26,584 bases of DNA, taken from assembly GCA_034722055.1 (NCBI GenBank), contig JAYENL010000228.1:1-26584 (forward strand). Reading direction: 5' to 3'. Under the pieces are notes generated by a model. That model made no database searches. It saw nothing but the letters and a program-made list of their open reading frames with translations, and had not been told where the DNA came from. The stretch is from Armatimonadota bacterium. Lineage in GTDB: Bacteria > Armatimonadota > Zipacnadia > Zipacnadales > UBA5352. The translations under genes were made by a program, and so were the position numbers. Positions 1 through 8,205 of this stretch are shown here, one piece after another; within the stretch, counting starts at the first letter, position 1; each line of letters begins with the position of its first letter.

Positions 1-1
1 G

Positions 2-1564
2 GCAGTGGCGGTGCCGCTTCTCCTGGCAGGCTGTGGGGGAGGCGGCCCCGCTGGGAATCCAGCCGCACCGGGGACCGGCGCCGGCTCAGTGACCCTCAGC
101 GTGACCTGGCCGGCGCCGCCTGAGGGGATGCAGCCGCAACTGATCCCCCAGCTCAGCCAGCGCATCGAGGTGACCATCACCGATGTCGCCGGCGAGCAGG
201 TGCTGGTGGAGGACACCATCCAGCGACCGGACGCCGAGCCCTGGACGGTGCAGAGGACCTACGAGGGCGTCCCCACCTCTGACGACGCCCTCCTGAGCGC
301 CCTCGCCTATCCGGGCCGGGAGCCGACGGGGGAGGAGGTGGCCCAGGCGAGGGGGGCCATGCACATCGTGATCCCCTGCGCCGGGGTGGCCTACCCGCTG
401 GAGGGGGAGGCCGGCGATCCCATCGAGCTGGTGCTGGCCTCCACGGTCGTGGAGGTGCGCGTGCGGCCCGATCCGGCCACGGTTGCGGTGGGCATGACGC
501 GGGAGATGACCGCCACGGCCCGCAACGCCGAAGGACAGACGGTGCTGGTGCCCGGCTTCGACTGGTCAACCAGCAACGACAACGCCACCGTCGATGCCGA
601 GGGCGTGGTTACCGGGGCCGCCATGGGGAGCTGTGAGGTGACCGCCACGGAGACGGAGAGCGGCGTCTCCGGCTCGGCCACGGTGGACGTGATCTGCAAT
701 CCGCCGCAGATCGGGCAGACCGCTCTGGCCACCGACCCCGACCCGATGACGGCTGCGGGCGGGACGGCCACAATCGGCGCTCTGATCACCGATGATCGCG
801 GCGTGGCCAGCGCGACGGTGATAGTAACCAAGCCCGATGAGAGCACCGAAGAGGTGCCCATGGAGCTGACGGCCGGCGACGCCACCAGCGGCACCTGGAG
901 CGCCGTCTACGATCTCCCGGCTAACGAGACCGCCCAGGCGCAACAGTACTCCTTCAGCGTCACCGCCACCGACACGGATGACTGCTCGCCCGAGCCGGCG
1001 GACGCCGGCAGCGTGACGGTGCCGAGGCCTCCGGTCATCTCGGGGACCGTCACGGGCTTCCTGGTCAACCCCGAGCAGACCGACCCCTGGCCGCACGTGG
1101 TGGTGCGCGTCCAGGAGACCGGCCAGTGGACGCGCACGGGCGATGACGGGACCTTCAGCTTCCTGGTCCCGCCCAACGCCACCTACACCGTGACCGCCGG
1201 GAAGAAGCAGCATACTGTCTACCACCCGCCGGAGGGCAGCCACACCGTGCCGGTGGGAACCGAGGACGTGTCCGGCGTGGACTTCGTTCTCACCCCCACG
1301 CCGTTCGCCATGGGTGCCGGCCGCGCCCACGGCTTCGTGCTCGACGGCAGCGGGAACCCGGTGGAGGCCGTGACGGTGGAGGCTGATGGCTTCAGCGACA
1401 CCACCGACGCCAACGGGGAGTACGCCATCGAGCTGACGCCAGAGACCTACACCTTCACCCCCAGCGGCGGAGGCTACAGCTTCGATCCCACCTCCCGCGA
1501 GGCGGACGTAGCCGCCGGCGCCCTCACGCACGTGGAGGACTTCACGGCCACAGGCGGGTCGTGA
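2..1564 (+). CDS. Secreted lipoprotein with Ig-like (Big_2-type) domain and C-terminal carboxypeptidase-regulatory-like beta-sandwich domains; probably 5'-truncated by the window edge
   Basis: Frame is open from base 2 (AVAVPLLLAG|CGGGG), with lipobox LAGC followed by a Gly-rich tether. VRVRPDPATVAVG...WSTSNDNATVDAEGVVTG...VTAT matches the Big_2 pattern. ISGTV...TGDDGTFSF and GFVLDGSGNPVEAVTV...TTDANGEYAIEL match carboxypeptidase-regulatory-like domains. Confidence 0.85.
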   Translation, partial: AVAVPLLLAGCGGGGPAGNPAAPGTGAGSVTLSVTWPAPPEGMQPQLIPQLSQRIEVTITDVAGEQVLVEDTIQRPDAEPWTVQRTYEGVPTSDDALLSALAYPGREPTGEEVAQARGAMHIVIPCAGVAYPLEGEAGDPIELVLASTVVEVRVRPDPATVAVGMTREMTATARNAEGQTVLVPGFDWSTSNDNATVDAEGVVTGAAMGSCEVTATETESGVSGSATVDVICNPPQIGQTALATDPDPMTAAGGTATIGALITDDRGVASATVIVTKPDESTEEVPMELTAGDATSGTWSAVYDLPANETAQAQQYSFSVTATDTDDCSPEPADAGSVTVPRPPVISGTVTGFLVNPEQTDPWPHVVVRVQETGQWTRTGDDGTFSFLVPPNATYTVTAGKKQHTVYHPPEGSHTVPVGTEDVSGVDFVLTPTPFAMGAGRAHGFVLDGSGNPVEAVTVEADGFSDTTDANGEYAIELTPETYTFTPSGGGYSFDPTSREADVAAGALTHVEDFTATGGS

Positions 1565-1586
1565 GGCGCTGACGCGTGAACCACAC

Positions 1587-1620
1587 GCCGGCCGGGCCGC
1601 CACACTGCGGCCCGGCCGGC
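1587..1620 (+). terminator. Perfect 14-bp GC hairpin downstream of the lipoprotein gene (possible terminator or stability hairpin)
   Basis: GCCGGCCGGGCCGC-cacact-GCGGCCCGGCCGGC, 22 nt after the stop codon; only a weak T tail (tgctgtgt). Confidence 0.5.
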
Positions 1621-1824
1621 TGCTGTGTGCCCTGGAGGCCGGCGCTGTCACCAGTAGCAGACCAGCGCTGACGGGGAGGAATCCTGCCCCTCCGCGGGGA
1701 AGTGCTTCCCTGCCAGACGACCCACGGCAAGACGCCACGCAATGATGCACTTGACATCGCAGTAAAGTCGGTTCAGGCACCGGGGCGGTCAGCATCTCCC
1801 CTCCACCGGAAGGAGTGACCGACG

Positions 1825-4800
1825 ATGGGGGGCACGCGCCATTCGGCAGCGCTCTTCGTCCCATTGTCCGTCCTCGCTGCATGCTGCGCAGTGACCCTGA
1901 TCCTCTGTGCGCCGTGCCATGCCGAGGTCACCATCACTCGGGTCAGCGTGGCCAGTGACGGCACGCAGTCCAACGGCACCAGCGCCTACTCGCACCTCAG
2001 CGACGACGGGCGGTACGTCGCCTTCCATTCCGCGGCCGGCAACCTCGTGACCGGCGACGCGGACGTTGACGACGACTGCTTCGTGCATGACCGCGACACC
2101 GGGCAGACGGTTCGGGTCAGCGTATCAAGCTCGGGTCAGGAGTCCCACAAGAGGTCGATCTATCCCAAGCTCAGCGGCAACGGCCGCTACGTGACCTTCG
2201 AGTCCGACAGCCCCGTGCACGACCCGCCCGACGAGAACAACGCCTGGGACGTCTTCCTCCATGATCTGACGACTCACGAGACCACGCTGGTGAGCCGGAA
2301 CAGCGCCGGGGTGCAGGGCAACAGCGACAGCACAAGGGGCACCCTCAGCTATGACGGCCGCTACCTGGCCTTCCAGTCCGGGGCCAGTAACCTCGTAGCG
2401 GACGACACCAACAGCCGCTACGACTGCTTCGTGCGGGACCTGACCACCGGCCAGACCACCCGCGTGAGCGTCTCCAGCAGCGGCGCCCAGGCGAACGGCG
2501 GCAGCGTGCGGCCATCCATCAGCAGCGACGGACGCTATGTCCTCTTCTGCTCCTACGCCTCCAATCTCGTCCCCGGTGACACCAACGGGGGCGCCGACAT
2601 CTTCCTGCACGATCGCCAGACCGGCACCACCACGCGGGTGAGCGTCTCCACCGCCGGGGCCCAGGCCAACGGAGCCAGCTCCGAGCCCTGGCTGAGCTCA
2701 AACGGCCAGTGCGCCGTGTTCTGCTCGGAGGCCAGCAATCTGGTCTCAGGGGACACCAACGGCGACATGGACGTGTTCGCCCGTGACCTGACCACAGGCA
2801 CTACCACCCGCGTCAGCGTCTCCACCGGCGGCGGGCAGGTGTCCGGTGACAGCCTGCATCCCTGCGTCAGCGGAAATGGTCGCTTCGTCGGCTTCCAGTC
2901 CGGCTCTCCTCAGCTCGACCCTCCCGACAACAACGGAGAGCACGATGTCTTCGTGCACGATCGCGACACCGGGGAGACCTGGCGCATCAGCAAGCCCGTC
3001 TCGACGACCTCGAGCTCGGTGAAGGCCCGAGAGTATCACGAGGATCCCAGCATGAACTACGAAGGGTCGGTGGTCGGCTTCACCTCAGTGGCGCCGAACC
3101 TCGTCCCCGATGACACCAATGGCATACGGGACATCTTCGTCTACGAGTGGCCGGCTGACATCCACGAGATCATCTTCGCCGAAGGGCCGAGCGGCGATCC
3201 CAACCCGGTGGCCTCCGGCGGACAGGTGCAGTGCAGCGTCACCGCCCGCTGCAACCGTGGGCACAATCTCACTTACCAGTGGACGGCCGAGGACGCCGAG
3301 GGCGATCCCGTCGGGGAGTTCGACAACGCCTCAGCAGAGAGCCCTACCTGGACGGTACCGGAGAACACTACCGACGAAGTCGCCGACTACACCCTTTCGG
3401 TCACCGTGACCTGCGCGCAGGACTCCAGCGTCAGCGACACGGCGTCCTACACGCAGCAGGTCAATCCGATCGAGCACACGGTCACCATCACTGAGGGGCC
3501 CTCCGGCGACCCCAACCCGGTGGCATCCGGCGGCGACGTGCAGTGCTCGGTGACGGCGGAGGACAGCCGCGATGGGCACACACTGACCTACGAGTGGACG
3601 GCCAGGGACGGCGACGGCAATCCCGCCGGCCAGTTCGACGACCCCTCAGCGGCCAGCCCCACCTGGACCGCCCCGGATAACCGATCCGATGCGCTGGCCG
3701 AGTACACCATATCGGTCACCGCAAGCTGCACCGGGGACTCCAGCGTCAAAGACACCGGCTCCTACGTCCACCAGGTGAAGCCGGTGGCGCATACGATCAC
3801 CATCACCGAGGGACCCTCCGGCGACCCCAACCCCGTGGAATCCGGGGGGAGGGTGGGATTCATCCTCACGGCGGAGGACAGCCGGAAGGGGCACTGGCGG
3901 ACCTACGAGTGGAGTGCCGTGGACGCCGACGGCGACCCGGCGGGAAGCTTCGATGACCCCACGCTGCACTATCCGATCTGGACGGCGCCGGAGAATACCT
4001 CCACCACCGTGGAGGAGTACACCATCTCGGTGACCGTTACGTGTGTGGAGGACCCGGACGTCAGCGCTACCGGCTCCCACGTCCAGAAGGTGAACCCCGT
4101 GCCCCACGAGGTGCTGATTACCGAGGGGCCCTCCGGCGATCCCAACCCCGTGGCCTCCGAGGGCCAGGTGCAGTGCAGCGTCAGCGCCGAGTGCCGTCGC
4201 GGGCACGATGTGACCTACCAGTGGGCGGCCCGGGACGGCAACGGCGACCCTGCGGGCAGCTTCGACGACGCCACCGCGCAGAACCCCACATGGACCGCAC
4301 CGGCGAACAACTCAGACCAGTTGGCTGAGTACACGATCTCGGTGACCGTAGGCTGCGCGGAGGACCCCAGCATCAGCACCACCGCCTCCTACTCCCAGTT
4401 CATCAACACCGCAGCTCACGCGGTTGGCATCATCGATGGCCCATGGGGAGACGCCAATCCGGCGGCCTCGGGGGCTGACGTGCAGTGCAGCGTCACCGCA
4501 GTGGACACTTGGGGGCACACGCTGCTCTACCAGTGGACGGCGGTGGATGGGGAGGGCAATCCCGCGGGCGGCTTCGATGACGCCACCGCGGAGAATCCGA
4601 CCTGGACGGCTCCCGCAAACGCCACTGACAACGTGATGGAGTACACCATCGCGGTCACGGTCACCTGCAGCCAGGATGACGCGCTGAGCGATTCCGCCTC
4701 CTACGTTCAGCAGGTGGCACCCGTGGCCCATGAGGTGACCATCACCCGGGGCCCCAGCGCCACTCCCGGCCTTGCCGCCTCGCAGGGGCCGGTGCACTGC

Positions 4801-6264
4801 AGCGTCACCGCCGAGGACAGCCGTGAGGGTCACACGCTCAGCTACGAGTGGACCGCCGAGGACGCCGAGGGCAATCCCGCCGGCAGCTTCGATGACGCCG
4901 CCGCGCGGCATCCAACCTGGACCGCGCCGGAGAACGCTACCTACAGCCCCATGGCCTACACCATGGCGGTCACGGTCACCTGCGACAAGGGTGAGGGCGC
5001 CAGCGACTCCTGCACCGTGCAGGTGATGCCCACGGTCATTGTCGATCTCGCCCCCGGCTGGAATCAGCCGTCATGCGGTCAGCCCGCCTACGGTCTGGCG
5101 CCGTTTGCGGAGCTGCTGGGCCCGGACGCGCGGTCGGCACACCTGTGGAATGCCGAGCAGTTCGCGTATGCGCAGGTGGACCTGGCGGGAACTGCCGCGT
5201 CGGAGCACGCGGGTGTGGGGATGTGGGTATTGAGCACCTCGGAGGCCACCCGCAGGATCGCGGTGCAGGAGCCATCGCCGCTGCAGGTGTCCGTCTCCGC
5301 TGGCTGGAATCTGCTGGCCAACCCCTTCCCCGGCTCGCTGGAGCTCTCCACCGGCCTCATTCCCGATGGCGACGGCCAGATCATCACCCCGGTCCATCAC
5401 TGGAACGCCCCGCAGTTCAGCTACGAACAGATGACCGTTGTGCCCGCCGGGTGCAGCTTCTGGGCGCTGGCGACCTACTCCGGCACAGCCACCTTCGACC
5501 CCGCAGGACTGGCGCCGGCGTCGGCGGCCGCGGGGGCCGTCAGCCTCGCGGAGGCCCCGGAGGTGCCGGACGGGAGCACCTGCATCCAGCTTGCGGCTCG
5601 AGCCGGCGATACCCGCGACATGGGCACCTGGATTGGCACCACCGCTGACGACCAGGCGCTGAAGACCCCCAAGCCGCCCATGATGCCGGGCGCAGTCGGC
5701 GCATACCTGGACGTGGAGGACGGCATCGGCTACGCCCGCTCCCTGGCGCCTCAGGGCGTGGGCCACACCTGGACGCTGACGGTGAACTCGCCCGAGGAGC
5801 AAGAGGTCTCGCTGCGCATCGTGGACACCTCTCAGCTTCCCGGCCACATGGCCGTGTGGCTGAGGGACCTGGCGACCGGCCAGCGGATCGACCTCCGCCA
5901 CGCGCCGAGCTACAGCTATACGGCGCGCCAGGGTCAGCGTCAGTTCGAGATCGAGGTGGGGGAGCGGGACGATCTGCTGCAGGTGATGGGCGTGTCGGCG
6001 CAGGCCGCCGGCGACGGCGCGCAGATCAGCTTCACGCTCTCGGCTGCCGGCACGGTCACGGTCGATGTCCTGAACATCGCGGGGCGGACCGTGCGGCGCA
6101 TCGTGGCCGGCCGCGAGTGCGACGCCGGCGTGCAGACGGTGGCCTGGGATGGCCGCTCGCACTCGGGGACGCAGGTGCCCAGCGGCATCTACCTCATTCG
6201 CGTCACGGCCTCAGCGCCCACCGGCGAGCAGACGCAGGGACTGTGCTCCGCCCGGATCCGCTAG
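1825..6264 (+). CDS. Large secreted multidomain protein: signal peptide, 7-bladed TolB/PD40-like beta-propeller, six tandem Ig/PKD-like repeats, GWN-motif region, C-terminal FlgD Ig-like domain
   Basis: RBS AAGGAG upstream and hydrophobic N-terminus ending CHA|E. Seven ~58-aa repeats RVSVxxxG...SxDGRYVxFxS...DTNxxxDxF. Six EGPSGDPNP...TYxW...FDD...PTWTAP repeats. C-terminus ISFTL..VTVDVLNIAGRTVRRI...WDGRSHSGTQVPSGIYLIRV is a typical FlgD-Ig pattern. Confidence 0.9.
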   Translation: MGGTRHSAALFVPLSVLAACCAVTLILCAPCHAEVTITRVSVASDGTQSNGTSAYSHLSDDGRYVAFHSAAGNLVTGDADVDDDCFVHDRDTGQTVRVSVSSSGQESHKRSIYPKLSGNGRYVTFESDSPVHDPPDENNAWDVFLHDLTTHETTLVSRNSAGVQGNSDSTRGTLSYDGRYLAFQSGASNLVADDTNSRYDCFVRDLTTGQTTRVSVSSSGAQANGGSVRPSISSDGRYVLFCSYASNLVPGDTNGGADIFLHDRQTGTTTRVSVSTAGAQANGASSEPWLSSNGQCAVFCSEASNLVSGDTNGDMDVFARDLTTGTTTRVSVSTGGGQVSGDSLHPCVSGNGRFVGFQSGSPQLDPPDNNGEHDVFVHDRDTGETWRISKPVSTTSSSVKAREYHEDPSMNYEGSVVGFTSVAPNLVPDDTNGIRDIFVYEWPADIHEIIFAEGPSGDPNPVASGGQVQCSVTARCNRGHNLTYQWTAEDAEGDPVGEFDNASAESPTWTVPENTTDEVADYTLSVTVTCAQDSSVSDTASYTQQVNPIEHTVTITEGPSGDPNPVASGGDVQCSVTAEDSRDGHTLTYEWTARDGDGNPAGQFDDPSAASPTWTAPDNRSDALAEYTISVTASCTGDSSVKDTGSYVHQVKPVAHTITITEGPSGDPNPVESGGRVGFILTAEDSRKGHWRTYEWSAVDADGDPAGSFDDPTLHYPIWTAPENTSTTVEEYTISVTVTCVEDPDVSATGSHVQKVNPVPHEVLITEGPSGDPNPVASEGQVQCSVSAECRRGHDVTYQWAARDGNGDPAGSFDDATAQNPTWTAPANNSDQLAEYTISVTVGCAEDPSISTTASYSQFINTAAHAVGIIDGPWGDANPAASGADVQCSVTAVDTWGHTLLYQWTAVDGEGNPAGGFDDATAENPTWTAPANATDNVMEYTIAVTVTCSQDDALSDSASYVQQVAPVAHEVTITRGPSATPGLAASQGPVHCSVTAEDSREGHTLSYEWTAEDAEGNPAGSFDDAAARHPTWTAPENATYSPMAYTMAVTVTCDKGEGASDSCTVQVMPTVIVDLAPGWNQPSCGQPAYGLAPFAELLGPDARSAHLWNAEQFAYAQVDLAGTAASEHAGVGMWVLSTSEATRRIAVQEPSPLQVSVSAGWNLLANPFPGSLELSTGLIPDGDGQIITPVHHWNAPQFSYEQMTVVPAGCSFWALATYSGTATFDPAGLAPASAAAGAVSLAEAPEVPDGSTCIQLAARAGDTRDMGTWIGTTADDQALKTPKPPMMPGAVGAYLDVEDGIGYARSLAPQGVGHTWTLTVNSPEEQEVSLRIVDTSQLPGHMAVWLRDLATGQRIDLRHAPSYSYTARQGQRQFEIEVGERDDLLQVMGVSAQAAGDGAQISFTLSAAGTVTVDVLNIAGRTVRRIVAGRECDAGVQTVAWDGRSHSGTQVPSGIYLIRVTASAPTGEQTQGLCSARIR
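1933..3150 (+). repeat. Seven intragenic ~58-aa beta-propeller blade repeats
   Basis: Seven occurrences of T(T/V/W)R(V/I)S...(D/N)GR(Y/F)VxFxS...D(C/V/I)F in the translation; the seventh is the most diverged. Confidence 0.85.
3163..5031 (+). repeat. Six intragenic ~104-aa (~312-315 bp) Ig/PKD-like repeats
   Basis: Units start HEIIFAEGPSGDPNP, HTVTITEGPSGDPNP, HTITITEGPSGDPNP, HEVLITEGPSGDPNP, HAVGIIDGPWGDANP and HEVTITRGPSATP; each has TYxW, FD(D/N) and PxWT(A/V)P. Confidence 0.9.
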
Positions 6265-6614
6265 CGCTGACTCGCAGAACTTCGCGCCTTGTGCGACGTT
6301 ATACTGGTGCGTGTGCTGCCACCATGCAGAGGCCGCCGCGAGCGGGCGAGCTGCGGCGGTGGGAAGAGACGCCCGGCGTCTCCGGTGGACGGTGCGTTCT
6401 CCAACGCGCCGCTCAGGTTCCAGCCCGGCCCTCACGTTAAGTAGTGCAGGCGCCCTCGCCTGCGCGCCGTTTCGGGCCTCGGTAGAGCTACGTCGCGGGC
6501 CGGGGTGGAACCCTCGGCCTCCTCGCCCTGCTCACAGGCCTCGCATCTTCACCATAACCAAGCCGCGGAGTGCCCTCGTCGCCAAGATACGCGCAGTCGC
6601 GCAAGTTACCACTA
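6262..6614 (-). mobile_element. MITE-like intergenic element, copy A (degenerate terminal inverted repeats TAG...CTA)
   Basis: Left end TAGCGCTGACTCGCAGAACTTCGC (6262-6285) vs reverse complement of right end TAGTGGTAACTTGCGCGACTGCGC (6591-6614): 16/24. The reverse complement of 6542-6614 aligns ungapped to 23578-23650 at 53/73. Internal modules are shared with 16916-16982 and 23717-23851. Confidence 0.6.
6441..6465 (+). repeat. GTAG-family REP-like hairpin
   Basis: GTAG-TGCAGGCG-ccct-CGCCTGCG: GTAG foot plus 8-bp stem; related copies at 16923-16947 (-) and 23759-23783 (+). Confidence 0.75.
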
Positions 6615-6917
6615 CTCCAAGTGCTGGCCTCTGACCCGCTCTGCACGTGCAGGTCCCGGCGCAGCACTGGCGAAAGCATACTGTGCGACCGCACAGCTCA
6701 CTGGCGGATCGTCCCCCACCGTCGGAGGCGCGGTGGCGCCGGTTTCAGGTGCTCGCCGTGGTGGGCACCGCTGCCGAGGACGGCGTAGACAGGCCTCGGA
6801 AGCGCACACTGCCCTCGCAAGAGAGCTGGGGGAAGGCCGGTTGGCGCTGTTGAGCACCATTTGCGTACACGCGCAGAGTCTGTGCGCGTGGATACGTTTA
6901 CGGAGGGAGGTCGGAGA

Positions 6918-8054
6918 ATGCAGTATCGGGAGTACGGAGACACGGGCAAGATGATCTCGGCGTTGGGCTTCGGGGCCATGCGCCTTCCCGATGACGATGA
7001 GTACGCAGTGCAGATCATGGAGCGCTTCCTGGACCTGGGCGGGAATCTCATCGACACCGCCGCGGGCTACGGCAATGGGCGCAGCGAGCGCATGGTGGGG
7101 CGGGCCATCGAGGGACGCCGCGACGAGGTCTACATCTCCACCAAGAACCACGCCATCGTCCAGGGCAACCGTGACAACAGCATCGACATCCCGAAAGTTT
7201 TCGAGCAACGCCTCGAGCAGTCCTTCGAGAACCTGGGCGTGGACAGGATCGACTTCTACCACATCCACGACTTCTCGTGGGAGCAGTTCACCGAGCACTT
7301 CCGCGACAAGCCGCCCCTGGAGATGTGCCAGCAGGCGCTGGCGGACGGCCGCATCGACCACCTGTGCTTCTCCTCGCACGACACGCCCGAGAACATCATC
7401 CGGCTGATTGACACCGGACTCTTCGAGGGCGTCATCGTGCAGTACAACATGCTCGACCGACCTGGAAGCGAGGGCCCCCGGGGCGGCACTGACAACGCAC
7501 CCGCCATCGCCCATGCGGCCGAGCGGGGGCTGGGCGTGCTCATCATGGGGCCGCTGGCCGGCGGCAGGCTGGTGATGGGCGACCCCGCGACGCTGCGGGC
7601 GATGCTGCCAGTCGATACCCCCAGCGCGGCCGACCTGGGCCTGCGCTTCGTGCTGGCCAACCCCCATGTGACCTGCGCCATGTCGGGCATGCAAGAGATG
7701 TCGGAGGTGGAGGAGAACTGCGCCACCGCCAGCAGCGAACAGCCGCTGACCGATGAGGAGCGGGAGGCCATCGAGGAGCTGATCGCGCGCAACGAGCGCC
7801 TCAGCGAGCTCTACTGCACCGGCTGCGAGTACTGCCTCCCGTGTCCAGAGGGCGTGGCGATACCCGACATCTTCGAGGCTATGAACTACCACCGGGTGTG
7901 GGGCCTGACCGAGCACGCCAAGAACCTCTACGCGAAGCTGGGCGAGAGCAATGCGGAGGCCTGCGTTGAGTGTGGGCAGTGTGAGGAGAAGTGCCCGCAG
8001 AATCTGCCCATCATCGAGCAGCTCAAGGAGAGCCACGAGGCGCTGAGCAGGTAA
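6918..8054 (+). CDS. Aldo/keto reductase with C-terminal 2x[4Fe-4S] ferredoxin-like domain
   Basis: Start placed at ATG 6918 after GGAGG. AKR motifs MQYREYGDTG..ISALGFGAMRL, IDTAAGY, ISTK, YHIH; Fe-S motifs CTGCEYCLPCP and CVECGQCEEKCP. Confidence 0.93.
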   Translation: MQYREYGDTGKMISALGFGAMRLPDDDEYAVQIMERFLDLGGNLIDTAAGYGNGRSERMVGRAIEGRRDEVYISTKNHAIVQGNRDNSIDIPKVFEQRLEQSFENLGVDRIDFYHIHDFSWEQFTEHFRDKPPLEMCQQALADGRIDHLCFSSHDTPENIIRLIDTGLFEGVIVQYNMLDRPGSEGPRGGTDNAPAIAHAAERGLGVLIMGPLAGGRLVMGDPATLRAMLPVDTPSAADLGLRFVLANPHVTCAMSGMQEMSEVEENCATASSEQPLTDEEREAIEELIARNERLSELYCTGCEYCLPCPEGVAIPDIFEAMNYHRVWGLTEHAKNLYAKLGESNAEACVECGQCEEKCPQNLPIIEQLKESHEALSR

Positions 8055-8082
8055 CCCGGCGGGGGTGCCGGCGCAGTGGTGT

Positions 8083-8106
8083 GGGTCGGGGTGGAAGCTG
8101 AGCGGC
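8083..8106 (+). repeat. Isolated copy of the dispersed GGGCCGGGGTGGAACCTGAGCGGC motif
   Basis: GGGTCGGGGTGGAAGCTGAGCGGC, 22/24 identical to 23806-23829; lies 28 nt after the AKR stop codon. Confidence 0.7.
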
Positions 8107-8205
8107 CTTTCCTGACTCCATAACTCCCCCGCTCACTTCGCTTGCGGCGGCACCAGGTCGGGAGGGGCGCGCCGCCAACGATCCACGCGAGAGGGACGAT
8201 GCCAC

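Noticed and set aside
1751..1780. Sigma70 promoter (perfect TTGACA) or c-di-GMP-II riboswitch (CAATGATG...CACTTGAC)
   Set aside because: No -10 box at 16-18 nt spacing (CAGGCA lies there); the riboswitch resemblance is limited to short words without the remaining conserved elements.
3163..5031. Diversity-generating retroelement TR/VR pair
   Set aside because: Differences between repeats are not adenine-specific, all copies are in-frame domains, and there is no reverse transcriptase.
6647..6667. SRP RNA domain IV (CAGGTCC...GCAGC)
   Set aside because: Lacks the GGAAGGAA tetraloop/internal-loop signature and a long closing helix.
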